A DNA stretch of 64,000 nt from Thraustochytrium aureum. Lineage: Eukaryota. The notes under the pieces were generated by a model. It was given only the letters and a program-made list of their open reading frames with translations. It searched no databases and was not told where the DNA came from. Position numbers and translations under genes: made by a program. How positions within the stretch are numbered: the first letter of the stretch is position 1; every line of letters starts with the position of its first letter. The DNA lies in contig BLSG01000115.1 of NCBI GenBank assembly GCA_012862495.1, positions 1 through 64,000 of the forward strand. The letters run 5' to 3'. This document shows, one piece after another, positions 12,001 through 24,865 of the stretch.

Positions 12001-12367
12001 TCATCCCAGGCTCGGGACGCTCGCGATGCTTGCAGCCCACAGTCGGCGCTTCCAGTAGAGCCTCAGCCAACCCGAGAGCGAGACAAACTCCCAGCATGCA
12101 TAGATGAGCACGGTGATCACGTAGCTGTACTTGAGCTGGCGGAGCAGGAAAGGCCAAAACACCATCATCGTGTTGTACAAGACGACAAAGAGGGTGAGCC
12201 GGACGACGACTTTCCTGAACCCTGCAATCTTCCGGAGCCCGCGCTTGGCGTGACGTTGGCTCTTGTCGCCGCCCGTTGCCCCTGCCGCCTCCGGGTTGGT
12301 TGACATTAACTTGAGAAAATGTCCAAGCTGGTGCATGACTGGCTGCAAAACAGCGTTGGCGTGCCAC
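12001..12367 (-). CDS. 3' end of a multi-pass membrane protein (possibly 7TM-like); 5' part lost in the N-gap
   Basis: Basic loop followed by two hydrophobic helices (VVVRLTLFVVLYNTMMVFWPFLL; YSYVITVLIYACWEFVSL); the frame is open into the gap. Confidence 0.5.
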
Positions 12368-13107
12368 NNNNNNNNNNNNNNNNNNNNNNNNNNNNNNNNN
12401 NNNNNNNNNNNNNNNNNNNNNNNNNNNNNNNNNNNNNNNNNNNNNNNNNNNNNNNNNNNNNNNNNNNNNNNNNNNNNNNNNNNNNNNNNNNNNNNNNNNN
12501 NNNNNNNNNNNNNNNNNNNNNNNNNNNNNNNNNNNNNNNNNNNNNNNNNNNNNNNNNNNNNNNNNNNNNNNNNNNNNNNNNNNNNNNNNNNNNNNNNNNN
12601 NNNNNNNNNNNNNNNNNNNNNNNNNNNNNNNNNNNNNNNNNNNNNNNNNNNNNNNNNNNNNNNNNNNNNNNNNNNNNNNNNNNNNNNNNNNNNNNNNNNN
12701 NNNNNNNNNNNNNNNNNNNNNNNNNNNNNNNNNNNNNNNNNNNNNNNNNNNNNNNNNNNNNNNNNNNNNNNNNNNNNNNNNNNNNNNNNNNNNNNNNNNN
12801 NNNNNNNNNNNNNNNNNNNNNNNNNNNNNNNNNNNNNNNNNNNNNNNNNNNNNNNNNNNNNNNNNNNNNNNNNNNNNNNNNNNNNNNNNNNNNNNNNNNN
12901 NNNNNNNNNNNNNNNNNNNNNNNNNNNNNNNNNNNNNNNNNNNNNNNNNNNNNNNNNNNNNNNNNNNNNNNNNNNNNNNNNNNNNNNNNNNNNNNNNNNN
13001 NNNNNNNNNNNNGAATGGAATTGAATGGAATCATCAGATCAGAACAGAGTTCAGAACAGAACAGAGTCCAGCCAGATCCACCACTTTGCGTGCGTCCCGT
13101 GCGCACA

Positions 13108-14529
13108 ATGGCGGAGCCAACGCCGCGACTTGGCCCTGGAGCCGCGCCGATGCGCCGATGCGCGTTCGCGCTGCGGGGCACCCTCGTACACTGTACCGCC
13201 GCGCCGTTCGCAGGAGAGCCCTCTGCTTTCTTCCACCTCGTTGAAGACCAAGTTGTGGTCGTCGACGCGGCCGGCTTCATCGCTGCTGTCGGTGGCCCGC
13301 AGGACCAGGCCGTTGCGCAGGCGCTCGAACGTGCCGCTATAGCCGAGGTGAGACAGCTCGCAACGACACAGCTGATTTGCCCTGGGTTCATCGATACACA
13401 CATCCACGCACCCCAGTACAGCTACACCGGGACTGCGGTAGACAAAAGCCTGATGGAATGGCTTGACCACTATACGTTTCCCGCGGAACGTGCATTGCGC
13501 GACCCTGCACGCGCCCGAGATGTTTACGGCAAGGTCGTGGCGCGCACGCTGAGCTACGGGACCACAACGGCCGTCTACTACGCCACAATTGACCTCGAGC
13601 CGTGCAAGATTCTGGTGGACGTCTGCTCAAGCCGCGGCCAGCGGGCGCTCATCGGCAAGGTTTGCATGGACCGCAACTCGCCTGCTACGTATGTCGAAAC
13701 GACGGAACAAGCGATCGCCGACACCCGAGCCTTTATCGAGTATGTGCGGTCTACGCCGCAAGGCGAAGCCGGTCTCGTCTTGCCCGTAATCACACCGCGA
13801 TTCATTCCAACTTGCTCGCCAGAGCTCATGACTGGGCTTGGGAGACTCGCCTCCGAGTTCAGCTGCCACGTACAAAGCCACATCAGCGAATCTCTCGACG
13901 AAGTCGAGTTTTCAGCAAGCCTTCATCCCGGCGAAGGCACAGACGCCAGTATTTTCGACAAGCACGGTCTACTGACCGACAAGGCAATTATGGCGCACGG
14001 CGTTCATTTGAGTGACAGCGATCTCGACCTCGTCAAGGCGCGCAACTCGGCAGTCGCCCACTGCCCGCTGTCCAATTTGTACTTTGCGCACGGCAACCTC
14101 GCCACAGCAAGTGTTTTACGCCGCGGAGTGAAGTGCGGCCTCGGCACTGATGTCGCAGGCGGCTACTCTTGCAGCATGCTCAACGCGCAACGGATGAGCG
14201 TGGTGGCATCTCTCGCTCATACCATCCCTGCGCGCTCTCGCGACGCTGCTCTTGACTTTCGCGCAGCGTTTTACCTTGCCACTCTTGGTGGGGCGTCCGC
14301 GATCGGAATGCAGGACAAGCTCGGCTCGATTGAGCATGGAAAAGCCTTCGACGCTCTGGTGCTGGACTGGTCGGTGGGCAACTTTGACGTTTTCCCAGGC
14401 GAGCCAGCGATCGCTGCCTTCCAGAAAATCTGCACGCTTGGGGACGACCGGAACGTGGCACAAGTCTTCGTTCAGGGGCGCCAGGTTCATCCGTTACCGG
14501 AGAGGCCTGCTCGCGAGGGTCCCGAATAG
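13108..14529 (+). CDS. GDA: Guanine deaminase (amidohydrolase superfamily)
   Basis: PGFIDTHIHAPQY, PVITPRFIPTCS, QSHISES, MAHGVHL, HCPLSN, GLGTDVAGG and GDDRNV motifs. Confidence 0.95.
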   Translation: MAEPTPRLGPGAAPMRRCAFALRGTLVHCTAAPFAGEPSAFFHLVEDQVVVVDAAGFIAAVGGPQDQAVAQALERAAIAEVRQLATTQLICPGFIDTHIHAPQYSYTGTAVDKSLMEWLDHYTFPAERALRDPARARDVYGKVVARTLSYGTTTAVYYATIDLEPCKILVDVCSSRGQRALIGKVCMDRNSPATYVETTEQAIADTRAFIEYVRSTPQGEAGLVLPVITPRFIPTCSPELMTGLGRLASEFSCHVQSHISESLDEVEFSASLHPGEGTDASIFDKHGLLTDKAIMAHGVHLSDSDLDLVKARNSAVAHCPLSNLYFAHGNLATASVLRRGVKCGLGTDVAGGYSCSMLNAQRMSVVASLAHTIPARSRDAALDFRAAFYLATLGGASAIGMQDKLGSIEHGKAFDALVLDWSVGNFDVFPGEPAIAAFQKICTLGDDRNVAQVFVQGRQVHPLPERPAREGPE

Positions 14530-14749
14530 GCTTGACTTTGATTCTGATTGTTCAATCAAAAACGAATGACTCAACGAGAAGGTATCGTTCTGTTCATCCC
14601 TACCTGCATCACTCACAGCGCGACTGCAAGGCGTTGCTGTTTGGCACGACGCTACTGACCTCGAGCGAGCCTACGCTTCCTCGTGGACACTTCTGCAGTC
14701 GCCGAGCCGAACCTCCGGACGAATCCCCCTCCCCCGTCGCCACCGCGCC

Positions 14750-17700
14750 TTACCAAACCGCGTCAATCGCAGCGAGGTTTGAGGCAAGGCACACGCCCTG
14801 GACCCAATCTTCGACGCTAGCTGGGTCGTCCCGGAACCAGAACTCCACTTGAAGGGAACCTGCGGAGGGTCCGGCGCCACCGCGACCGCCTCCCTTGCCC
14901 ATAGCAAGTGTGTACTCTCCAAACACCAGCCTAACCAGCCTCCCGCCGGTTCCACGTCCGGCGGTGGCACCACTTACCGAGCCCTCCTCGCTCTTCAACT
15001 CGTTCCCGGAGCCCTCTCTCCCCCAGTCCTCTTCCACGCGGCCATCGCCAGGTGCACCAGCTCTACCCTCAACTCCTCTCGAAAGCGGCAACGCACCACG
15101 CTTGCTCCGCGGAGCAAAGCAAGGCCGTGCTCGTGCAAAGCACGCTTGGCGCCCTTCGCGTCGCGGTCGCGCGGGACCAGCACAGCTTTGTCCTCGAGGC
15201 GTTTATCCAGGCAACGGACTCTTGCCACTGGCTCGGCCCAGGGGTCGACCGGACCATCGCAGTTTTCAACTGCAGGACGGGCGCCAGAACAGCTCTGATC
15301 GCGCGATGGACGCCGCTCTGACACGAAACCGCTCAACCGCGCCAAGTCAGGTTCGCCCTCTCAAGCAAGCAACGCCATCGAAAGCTCTAGCTAGCACAAA
15401 CTCACCGCTTCACAGAGCGTTGCGCAGTCTCCGACTACGCAAACTTCATCCCTGACGAGCTCGCCGAGCACAAGATCGCTCTGAAGGTCCGAAAACGACA
15501 GCGACTCTTTGAGAACCTTGCTGGCCTGGCCTCCGAAAGCAAGGCGCCCACGCCACTTGGTCTGGGCCAGACGTGCGACGGGGTCAACGCGAAGCTGCCC
15601 CGAAAGCGGCCGCGTGTTTGACGCAGACGGATGCGCTTGGAGAGATTCGTGGGCTCCCTGTCTTCCAGAGGGAGAGATGTGCCAGTTCTGCTTTTCTGGG
15701 GCGCGCTGCCGCACATCGGAGCTGAGGAGCGTGTTGAGGCCTTTGCGGGCCATTCGCCTCTGCAGGATTCGCTCCACTTCGGTTTCGAGCTCTGCGAGCG
15801 GCCGAGGGAGCGCCGTCGAGACGAGAGGATGCGCTGCAAACCGACCAGGGTGCAAAGGCGGCGGTTCCAGCGGTGGGTGTACGTATTTCACCCAGCTATC
15901 ACTTGAAGTCTCCGAGCGGTCGTCGTTGTCATCTCTGTTTGGTGGCTCAAACACGCCCTGTCCGTCTGTTCCGAAGGCAAAGGGGTCGTCGTGCAGAGTA
16001 GAAACCACGCTGGCCCTCGTCAGCCCTCGCTCGCTCGGCGGGCTATGTGGTGGAGGCAAAAGCACGTCACTGTCCCACTCGCTAGCACTACCATCACCAC
16101 CATCACCATCATCAGTAGCAGCAGGAGCAGCAGCAGGAACGTCGAACTCAGTCTCAAGCGGCGGGGGCAGCCGCGGTGGCGGTGGTGGAAACGGTACAGC
16201 TTGATCCCCTCCTTCCTCGGGCGGCTTGGGCAGTGATGACAACACGGAATCTTCAGTTGGCGACCGCTGGCGCCTTCTTGCTTGGGGCGGTGGCTCGTCT
16301 GGCGGCGAGCAACGGGGTGCTGAATAGTCACTCACATTTGAAAGCGACCGCGCCATCGGCCGTTGCGGCAGAGCGTCGGGCGGCGGGTGTGGTGGCGGGC
16401 CAGGCGGCGCTGAAAGCTCGCTCACGTTGGAAAACGACCGTGGTTTCGCAGTTGCGGACGGGGGCGATAGACTCGGTGGAGAGTAGCTCGGGGGTGCAAT
16501 GTCCGAGAACGCGTCATCGTCAACCTCGAGGCCACCCAAAGCAGAGTCGCTCAGAAGCGGGGGCGGAGGAAGTAGAATCCGATCGTCTAGATCACCAAGG
16601 CCCGTTGCGTCTTCCCGCTGCGGATGGATCGGGTCGTCACGCGGTGCATCTGACAATAGAACGAAGGCGCCCTCGTTGCTAGCGGCCGCCTCGTCTGCCG
16701 GATTCGATGGCGGTTGCCCTTGCAGGCTCTCCGAGACTGCGGCTTGGTCAGCACCTCGCCTCCCTGAGGCAAAAGTCGACTTTGCTGTGGATGATGACGT
16801 GGGTGTGGATGACGACGCATCGAAGGAAACTGCCGTGGCTGGCGCGAGACTTTCGGGCTTCAAATCTGACCTGGTGGACGTGGATTCTCCATTCCACCAC
16901 TCATACGCCGACGGTCAGCAAGCGACTTGTCGGGCGGGGGCGGCAGCAGAAGGGTTCCAGCGCCACCAGCCTCTGCCTGGACACTCGATTGGTCTTGGAT
17001 AGCGTCCGCGAGGAGCGCCGAACTACTGGCATGAAACGACGTTTGAGAATGCAGTGGCAAGACACGGGTGTCGACGCTTGTGCTCGCGCTGCTTTCTGAA
17101 CCTATCTTGGGGGGCGGTAGCGAAACGGCCACGTTGGTGCTCATCTGTTCAAGTGCGCCTTGGTGAATCGAACCAGCATTCTCGGCCGATTCGGAGACGA
17201 CCGACGGCGGCAACATCGCTGCATTGGGCCGTGCGGGTGGCCCTCGCTGAGCGACTTCACTGCCTCTGTCTTTCGACGGCTCTTCACTTTCTTCATTCAA
17301 TCGCGTGTTCGAACATCCCGCGAGTGCAGGGTTTTCAGGTTCCGCGGACTCCACTGCGCCAGGTGGCAAGTCGTTGCCTGATTCGCTCTGAGGCGGCTGA
17401 AAGCCCTGCTCGTCAACCCCGCACGAGTTGCAGCTCGCGGATTCTGGCGCTGCTGAAACCTGAAATACTTCATCTGACCTCTCGCTGCACTCGTTCAAGC
17501 CACTAGACTCCTGATGCTTCTGGGGCTCGATCACGGGGGATTCCTGAGAACCGCTTTCTCTTTCGCTGGCGGTGTCGCTCTCGCGCTGCTTCGTGTCTGT
17601 GGCAGGAATTCTGGCGCCTGGCTCTGGCTGGAGGCCATGTGGCACAGGCAGGGAGGGTGAGGCCGCATCGCTAAGCGAAGAGGGCGACCTTCCAGGACTA

Positions 17701-19574
17701 GGACCCTCCTCGTCCGCTGACTCGATCGCGCTTCGTATTTGCTCGAGCTCAATGGCACTTGCTGCTGGCGTCGATTCGGTTCGAGGGACTCTATTGCCGA
17801 CGGCCTGTGCGAACACTTCATTCTTGCTTTCTGAGCCCGCAGTCGCAATCGCATCGCCGCCACTGCGCAGTGAGGAATCGCGTTCGACGTCGACGCTAAC
17901 TTCGCTAGCCTCGGTTGGCTCGTGGTGTGGCGGGGGTGCAGCTTGATCGAGCGGATACATGGCGCTCTCACCCTTTGCTTCTTGTGGTGGCCCATCACCA
18001 ACCACAGCCTGCTCCAAGTCGTCCATGAGCACCGCCTGCCCAACATCGCCGACGGAACTTGGCCTGAGAGACGTGTCTGTCGACCTCTCGACGCTCTCTA
18101 CCTTGCTTGGGTTCTCCTCAGTATACAAGACTTGTGATGGCGTCGGCGGCGGCGGCGGCGTCGGCGGCGGCGGTGGAGGCCATTGAAAGCTGGGCTGTTC
18201 CGTGTGCGGCGGTCCGGCAGGGGTTTGTGATGCAGCATTCCCTTCGTCAAACTGCTCCGGCGTCCAGCCAGGAGGAGGCTCGATAAGAGTTGGAATGCCA
18301 GGTGGGGGGGGGTGAGCAGCCCGAAAACCAGCTCCGTCAAGCTTCTCGTGGCCATGGTCGTCCGGGGCTTCCAGGAAGAACATTGAGCCCACTGGTGTGG
18401 GAAGGCCTCGTTTGGCGCACGTCTCAGTATTTGCCGCACTTGGTCGCTTCGGGCTCACAAGCATTTTCAAGCGACGCCTGAATGCCTGTGGCGTCCTTAG
18501 GCTTTCTCCCGGCGCACCGCTGACGGGGTCCTGCACTCGCTCCGCCAGGATTGCTCCAAACTGGTCCTCGTCAGATTCAGAGCCTCCCTCGCTACCGACT
18601 GCAGGCGGCGGGGGCGGCGGGGGCGGCAGCTTTGCGGTTCGCGGTGGCGGCCGTGGCGTCCGGAACGACCCAATCGACTTTAGAGCTGATGCGGCTTGTG
18701 GACGCGCTGGCACATTTGGGGCTGGTCTTGCTGTGATCGGAGACGGCGGGGGCAGAGGCGGTGGCCTGGGAGCACGAAAGCGGAAGGCCAGGTTGGCGCT
18801 TGGCGGCGGCGGCGCATCAGGAGGGGGCGGTGGTCGATGCGAGTATTGATCGCTCGAAGCGCTTTGCTGCAGCGACCTGCCCAACGCGTCGACATGGTTT
18901 GGCGCCGCGTCCGGTGCTTCCTCCTGGGGGATCAAAGGCACGCTATCCTCGGGAGATGTTTGCTGGTTCCCAGTTGAAGCGAGTGGCGCAAGTTCGCGTC
19001 GTACAATACTCGTTTTCGACGTCGTTTCCGAACCTGAGGGCGGCGAAGGCGGCGGCGGTGGAATAAAATCCAAAAGCACTGCATCGTCATCCTCGTCCGA
19101 GTCGATGAATGGCTCCGAAGTCGGCGGCGGTGGTGGTGGAAGCTCCAGAATGTCCTGCTCATCTTCCTTGTTGAGATCGATTGGATCTCCCCCAACTATC
19201 GGTTCTTGGGGCGGTGGCGGCGGCGGCGGCAGGCCAAAGGAAACGCCCCCGCGCGAAAGCGTCTCCTGCACTCGCTGTTCAAAGGACGTATCATCATAGG
19301 TGGCAAGAGAGCGCGCCCCGGGGTGCAACGGTGGCGGAGTCCCAGGCGGCGGAGGCAACGCAAAGCTGGCAGACTCTGCCCCTTCCGGTGGGTCACCCTC
19401 CGGCGGCGGAGGCAGAGCAAAACTGGCAGACTGTGTACCTATTGGTAGGTCGCCCTCTGGGGGCGGAGGCAACGCAAAGCTGGCAGACTCTGTGCCTGCT
19501 GGTGGGTCGCCTTGCGGCGGCGGAGGTTGTGCAAAGCTGGCAGTCTCGGCCCCTTCTGGCGGTCCGGCGTCCAT
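14750..19574 (-). CDS. Very large proline-rich, mostly disordered protein with a globular (possibly PH-like) C-terminus; split by several indels
   Basis: Consecutive minus-strand ORFs 16860..20249 and 15391..16863 join at ~16865-16890 (GESTSTRSDLKPES), with further frames down to ~14750. Many PPPP tracts. Likely start MDAGPPEG at 19574. The 3' end is uncertain. Confidence 0.6.
19335..19560 (-). repeat. Coding tandem repeat, 57-bp / 19-aa unit (ESASFALPPPPEGDPPxGx) x4
   Basis: Four near-identical units visible in both the translation and the DNA (GCAAAGCTGGCAGACTC recurs). Confidence 0.85.
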
Positions 19575-19871
19575 GGCAGGCTCGAGGCCCGCAAGCCCGC
19601 GAGCACCAGGCCAAGCCAGTCCTCTGCTTGCCCCACCAAGCGGACCGTGCGAGAGCGTGCCAGAGCGAGCGAGCGTCCTCGTCCCGTTCGCCCTTGCTCG
19701 AGGACGAGTGAACCTGTCAACTCGGAGGAGCCCAACCGCCACAGTGTTCCTTTGCTCGCTCGCTTGCACCACCACCAAGTCACGCCAACCCGCAAGCTGC
19801 CGCAGAGCAGCGTCCGTGCGGCGCTCCGAACGCACGCGAGCATGCAGCACGCTCCAGTGGACTACGCTCCG

Positions 19872-22800
19872 ATGGACGCGCGCGACGGCGCAGGCCATTC
19901 TCGAGCGCTCGAAGGAGGTGACGGCGGACTGGCGCCCTTGCTCCAACACGATGGCCTTGGTGCGAGCGAGCTGGCGAACGCGAGCCGCGGGAGCAGGCGG
20001 TCGCGGCACTCGCAACGACGCGGCCTCGCGCGGCGAAAGAGCCTGGCCGCGCTGCGCACGCGATTCGATCTGACAGACCACTTCAGTCTGCGCAGCAGCG
20101 TGTTTCGCTTCGGGCGCAAAGTCGTGCTCAGCGGCGTGCGACACCAGCTCATCTTTGACCTGGAAGAGAACGACCCGCTTGCCACACCGCGCTCCGCTCA
20201 CCGTCTCGAGGATGACGCGATTGGGAGCCCTGGCGAGGAAGATCGCCACGGAGATGGCGGGGCGAGCAAAACGCCCAGACGCGTGCTGATTTCAGTCAAG
20301 CGCGCTTCTGTCTACGGCAGCGGCGTGTTCCTGCTCAAATTTCTCTACAGCTACGTCGTCGTTTTCCAGGTAGGGGTGGCTCTCGTGTTTTGCATCCTCG
20401 TGTTCATGCAGTACGGCCTGGGGGGTTTTTGGTGGGGATTCGAAGCACGAACGAGATGGAGGAGCGCGTCGCCACGATGGCAAGCCTGATCTCACTCCCT
20501 AGCTTCGTGAACGCGCTGTCCATTCTCATCACTCTCACTGTGGGCTTCTTGAACGACATATGGAACAACTTTGAGTTTCTGAATACGGCCACCACCGTCC
20601 CCGCGTTGGTTAGGGACTGGCTGCACATCACGAGCGCGGTTCTTGTGCCCCTTGGCACGTTTGGGGTGAGCTTTCTTTGCAAGGCCGACTCTCCGTTGAG
20701 CAACATGTTGCTCGCGGCGTTGCTGTGCTCGTTCACGCTGTTTGTCGTTTGCATGCTGTACACGCTCTCGCTGCAGGTGTATAGCTCGGTCAAGATCATC
20801 CAGAAATGCCACGTCGAGCATCTGTCTGTCCGCGACGCTCTTCGGGAACTCGTCATGCACCGACTGCGCCACCGATTTGCTCTCACGCACGCCCCTGTCG
20901 TTGAGTTAGACGAATGGCTTGGGCTCGACGGCGAGAACGTTGAGGAAGCGATCCTGCAGCGTGGCTTGCGGCAGCAGCAAAAGCTCAGCCCACTGTTGAG
21001 CAAGCTGTACGACCCCACGCCCTACCGACGGCTGTACACGTTGGAGAACGTGCTCCGGCCGCGCCCGATCATGTCCAAGTCGGAGGGTTCTGTCCTCTTC
21101 CTGTGCTGCCTCACGCGGTCGCGTTTCCAGGGGATAATTTCGCGGCGCTCGCTCACGAGCTCGCTGCTGTGCATTTGCGCAACTGTGTTCCTCGCATGGC
21201 TGGTCTTCGTGGGCTACATGGTTTACGCGACGTACATCCCTACCCCGGTTGTTTGGGCTGCCGCCGCAGGATCGATGTTTCTCTTGACTCTCGGCTTGCG
21301 GTCCACGTTTCAGAGCGTGGCGAGCTTCAAGCGCTCCAACAAGATTGCCGCCAGTATGCATAGGCGCGCCGCGCGGAATGGTGGCTCTGTTGGTCAGTTT
21401 GACCTTGAGAGGAGTGACACGCAGAACGAGCAGTTGGCGGGGGAGGAGGGTGATGGACTGGACGTGGAGGACGGCGAGGCGAGCAGCATCTCGACTGCAG
21501 GAACCCCAGATGACCTCGATATTGGAATGTTCGGTCGCGCGGAAGCCCTCAACGCGCAGAAGTTTGTTTACGCGGTCCCGAAGTCGTGGTTTTTGGTGTT
21601 TTTTGAGCGCGAGTAAGTTGTCGCGGGCAGTCAGACCGGGCGTGTGGCGGCGCAGTTTGCTGGTTCGCTAACCCAAGTTTGGCGCGCGGCGCCTCTTCTT
21701 GTGCGCAGTGCATTTGCTGGTTGTGGTGATCGTCCCATTCACCGCTTTCTTGTATCTTGGTGTCGGCGGGTACGCCACTTTTTTCGCTGGGTGCGTCGTG
21801 CTCAACATCAGCTTGTACATTTTCAATGTGCCCAGTCTGATCGAGATATTTGGCGCGCGGGCCCTGGAGACCTTGGAGCTGCCGTTCTTGGACGAGTTTT
21901 TGGAGGCCAACGACGAGGCGGCGTCGCCAGACGCTGGTGCAGAGGAGTCGCAGATGGCAACTCAAGCCGACGACAGTGGGCAGGAGAGTGCTGCAAGGAG
22001 AGACGAGGCAGGGCCAGACGCCGCTGGACGTGCCTCGGCGCAGGTTCCGGCGCGCGAGGCCATGAGCGACGCGGTTCTGGGCAACCTTTGGAGCCCGCGC
22101 CGGCAGCGACGGTCGGCTCGGCAGAGCTCGAACGGACGGCGCATCTACTTGCTGCTCACTCGCATGACCAAGGTGCAGGTGCGCAATTTGTTCATCTACC
22201 TGTTTGCGCTCTCCGCGCTGCTCGTGATTGTGCTTGTTGCGCTAAGCGTCGATATGGACACCTCTGCGAGCGACTACGACGGGCCTGAGCTGTACGGGAA
22301 CGCGTCCCACCGCACTGTGCAAATGCCGCACCGATCAAAGATGGAGATTGGGTTCCAGTACCCGGTCTGCGCCGTTCTCGACGACTTTATCCAACCGGAC
22401 GGAAGCGGGGTGTTGCCAGTGGCGCTTCGAGCCCCGTTGCAAGCCCAGGACCTAGCCTTTCTCTCGGACGTCGCGTACGCGCGACAGGAGACTACTCAGC
22501 AAAAAGTGGATGAGTGGTTTGGAGAAGGGGTCACAGAGTACATCCCTCCGAACCGATATTCGGAGATCGCCGTCGAGAAGCGATCTGCCGTCGTGTTTAA
22601 AGTGTTTCGCACAAAACACAAGATCTTTTGGCTGGATGTGGACAGCTACGTGATCGCGATTCGTGGCACGACCAACTCTTACGACTTGCTCAGCGACATG
22701 CAGACCTGGCTGCCCGCTATGCTGTTCCAAGCCCTACGCTTTACGCTCCCGTTCGGCTCGTTGTGGGACTCGCTTATCCCCACGCTGATCAAGTTTATGG

Positions 22801-23629
22801 CCAGGCTTGAGGCAACGCCGGCGAAAAACGACCCGCTCACGTTCGAGGCCGACATTTCGCGCTTCGTGCGGGCGCTCAAGGCCAAGAATCCCCGCGCCCA
22901 CGTCCTCCTCACCGGCCACTCGCTCGGCGCCGGGCTGGCGCTTATTGTTGGGGCGCGGAATGAGGTGCCAGCAGTTGGCGTTTCCGCACCAAATGCGCTG
23001 CTCTCCCGGCTCAAGTTTGGCATCTCCAAGGACAATCTCGACAAGTACACCATCAACTTGGTTCCCCGAGGGGACCCGATCCCCTTGATCGACGAGCCGG
23101 CTCTACTCACGGAAAGCGTGCTGTGCAGGCTGAAACGTGGCGAGTCCATCGGGAGCTGCCACGAAGTCACCAGGACCGCTTGCGAGCTCCAGTACGTGTG
23201 CGGGTCNNNNNNNNNNNNNNNNNNNNNNNNNNNNNNNNNNNNNNNNNNNNNNNNNNNNNNNNNNNNNNNNNNNNNNNNNNNNNNNNNNNNNNNNNNNNNN
23301 NNNNNNNNNNNNNNNNNNNNNNNNNNNNNNNNNNNNNNNNNNNNNNNNNNNNNNNNNNNNNNNNNNNNNNNNNNNNNNNNNNNNNNNNNNNNNNNNNNNN
23401 NNNNNNNNNNNNNNNNNNNNNNNNNNNNNNNNNNNNNNNNNNNNNNNNNNNNNNNNNNNNNNNNNNNNNNNNNNNNNNNNNNNNNNNNNNNNNNNNNNNN
23501 NNNNNNNNNNNNNNNNNNNNNNNNNNNNNNNNNNNNNNNNNNNNNNNNNNNNNNTGCAACACTACTTTTGACTATCCTGCGCCTGAGCCTGTGAAAAAGG
23601 GCTGGGCCGGGGTTTTTGATTGGCAATAG
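19872..23629 (+). CDS. Multi-pass membrane protein with C-terminal class-3 lipase domain; intron 21613-21677; indels and one gap
   Basis: Hydrophobic helices run across ORFs 19512..20489, 20390..21616 and 21699... The lipase motifs are IAIRGT, LLTGHSLGAGLA (GxSxG), GVSAP and PRGDPIP. Intron GTAAGT..CTAAC..CAAG. The Cys-containing tail continues after the gap (CNTTFDYPAPEP). Confidence 0.75.
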
Positions 23630-23773
23630 CTTTTGTTGCGCGTGAGCCGTGAGGGTAGGTAGGTATGGGCATGAAAAACCACAGCTGCTCACTTGATGAA
23701 TTTTGCAAAGCTCGTCAACCCGGACAGTGACCAGTAATGCCGTTTGGGGTTGCAGAACAGGGACAAAGGGCTA

Positions 23774-24865
23774 CTACACCCTTTCGCGGAGGTTGCGGAC
23801 GTTCATTGCGTGTGCACCTTGGCCGTTCGAGATTGCTCGGAGCTTGCGTGCATCAACGGGACCCGCCAGACTTGGGATCACCCCGAGGCGCCAGTCGTCG
23901 ACCCTGGCGCTCTTGGCCAAGCGACCGTCGCGCCATGCAGAGAGCATGTCCGAGTAAGCGAATATAGCGCTACCTGGCACCATCAGTGTGAGTCCAGCAG
24001 CGAAGAGCTCGACGCCGCTGCGGATATTGCGCCGGCACACATCTTGGCCTTCCTCCGAGCGCTGGATCGCAGCCAGAACAAGCAACACGGCTCCGACGAC
24101 TATTCGGTAGCCTCCCCTGCCGAGGCCTTCGAATGCCGCAAGCGGAGCTTCGATGGCCAGCACGTGGAGAAGCGACGTGACCACGTAGAAGGTAACCGCA
24201 CTCTCGACGTCAGCTTGGCTTTCGATTCGATCTGGGTCGTCCGGGTCGTCCAGGTCTTCAAGGTCGTCGGAGTCACTCGCGTCGTCGCCCAGGCCGTCAG
24301 GGTCCTCATTGCGCCCTGCGCGGAGCGTGCTGTGAGCTTGCTTGATTGGGCCGCTGGCCGCGGTTGCGCAGGGCAAGACTGCAGTCGATGCTCTGTCTCC
24401 TAGCCAGGTCTGCTGGAGAGCCATCGCGCGGCGGTGTTGTAGGCGTGAGGGAATATCTGGTCTGTGCCACTGCGATGCTCCGGTGTGGTGGTTAAAGTAG
24501 TATGGGTGCCCAGTGTTTTCATCCGTGTAGAGCGCCCAACCTTCTGCGAGGTGGTCGTCGGGCGCGTGTACGCCGAGCAACTCGACTTCGCTCTCCGACA
24601 GGTTCGTGGCGCTGGCGTCACTGCTCTGGTCCTCGTCGTCCTCGTCGTCCTCGTCGTCCTCCTCCTCCTCCTCCTCCTCCTCCTCGTCATCGTCGTCTAC
24701 TTCCTGGTCGTCTACTTCCTGGTCGTCTACTTCCTGCTCTTGGTCATCGTCTTCGTCACTTTCGTCGGAGTTGGTCGTCGAGGCGGCGTCAAAGAGGGTG
24801 CTTTCAGCAGCTACGACCATGCCTTCATCTAGAGCGACCTGGCGTTCGTGCACGACGGCTTCCAT
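23774..24865 (-). CDS. WW-domain protein with acidic N-terminal tract and hydrophobic C-terminal region
   Basis: LAEGWALYTDENTGHPYYFNHHTGASQWHRP is a canonical WW domain; long D/E runs precede it. Confidence 0.8.
   Translation of the reverse strand: MEAVVHERQVALDEGMVVAAESTLFDAASTTNSDESDEDDDQEQEVDDQEVDDQEVDDDDEEEEEEEEEDDEDDEDDEDQSSDASATNLSESEVELLGVHAPDDHLAEGWALYTDENTGHPYYFNHHTGASQWHRPDIPSRLQHRRAMALQQTWLGDRASTAVLPCATAASGPIKQAHSTLRAGRNEDPDGLGDDASDSDDLEDLDDPDDPDRIESQADVESAVTFYVVTSLLHVLAIEAPLAAFEGLGRGGYRIVVGAVLLVLAAIQRSEEGQDVCRRNIRSGVELFAAGLTLMVPGSAIFAYSDMLSAWRDGRLAKSARVDDWRLGVIPSLAGPVDARKLRAISNGQGAHAMNVRNLRERV

Noticed and set aside
19575..20249. N-terminal extension of the 1129-aa Pro-rich ORF
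   Set aside because: It overlaps the plus-strand lipase gene start and has a different composition; the real start is more likely the ATG at 19574.
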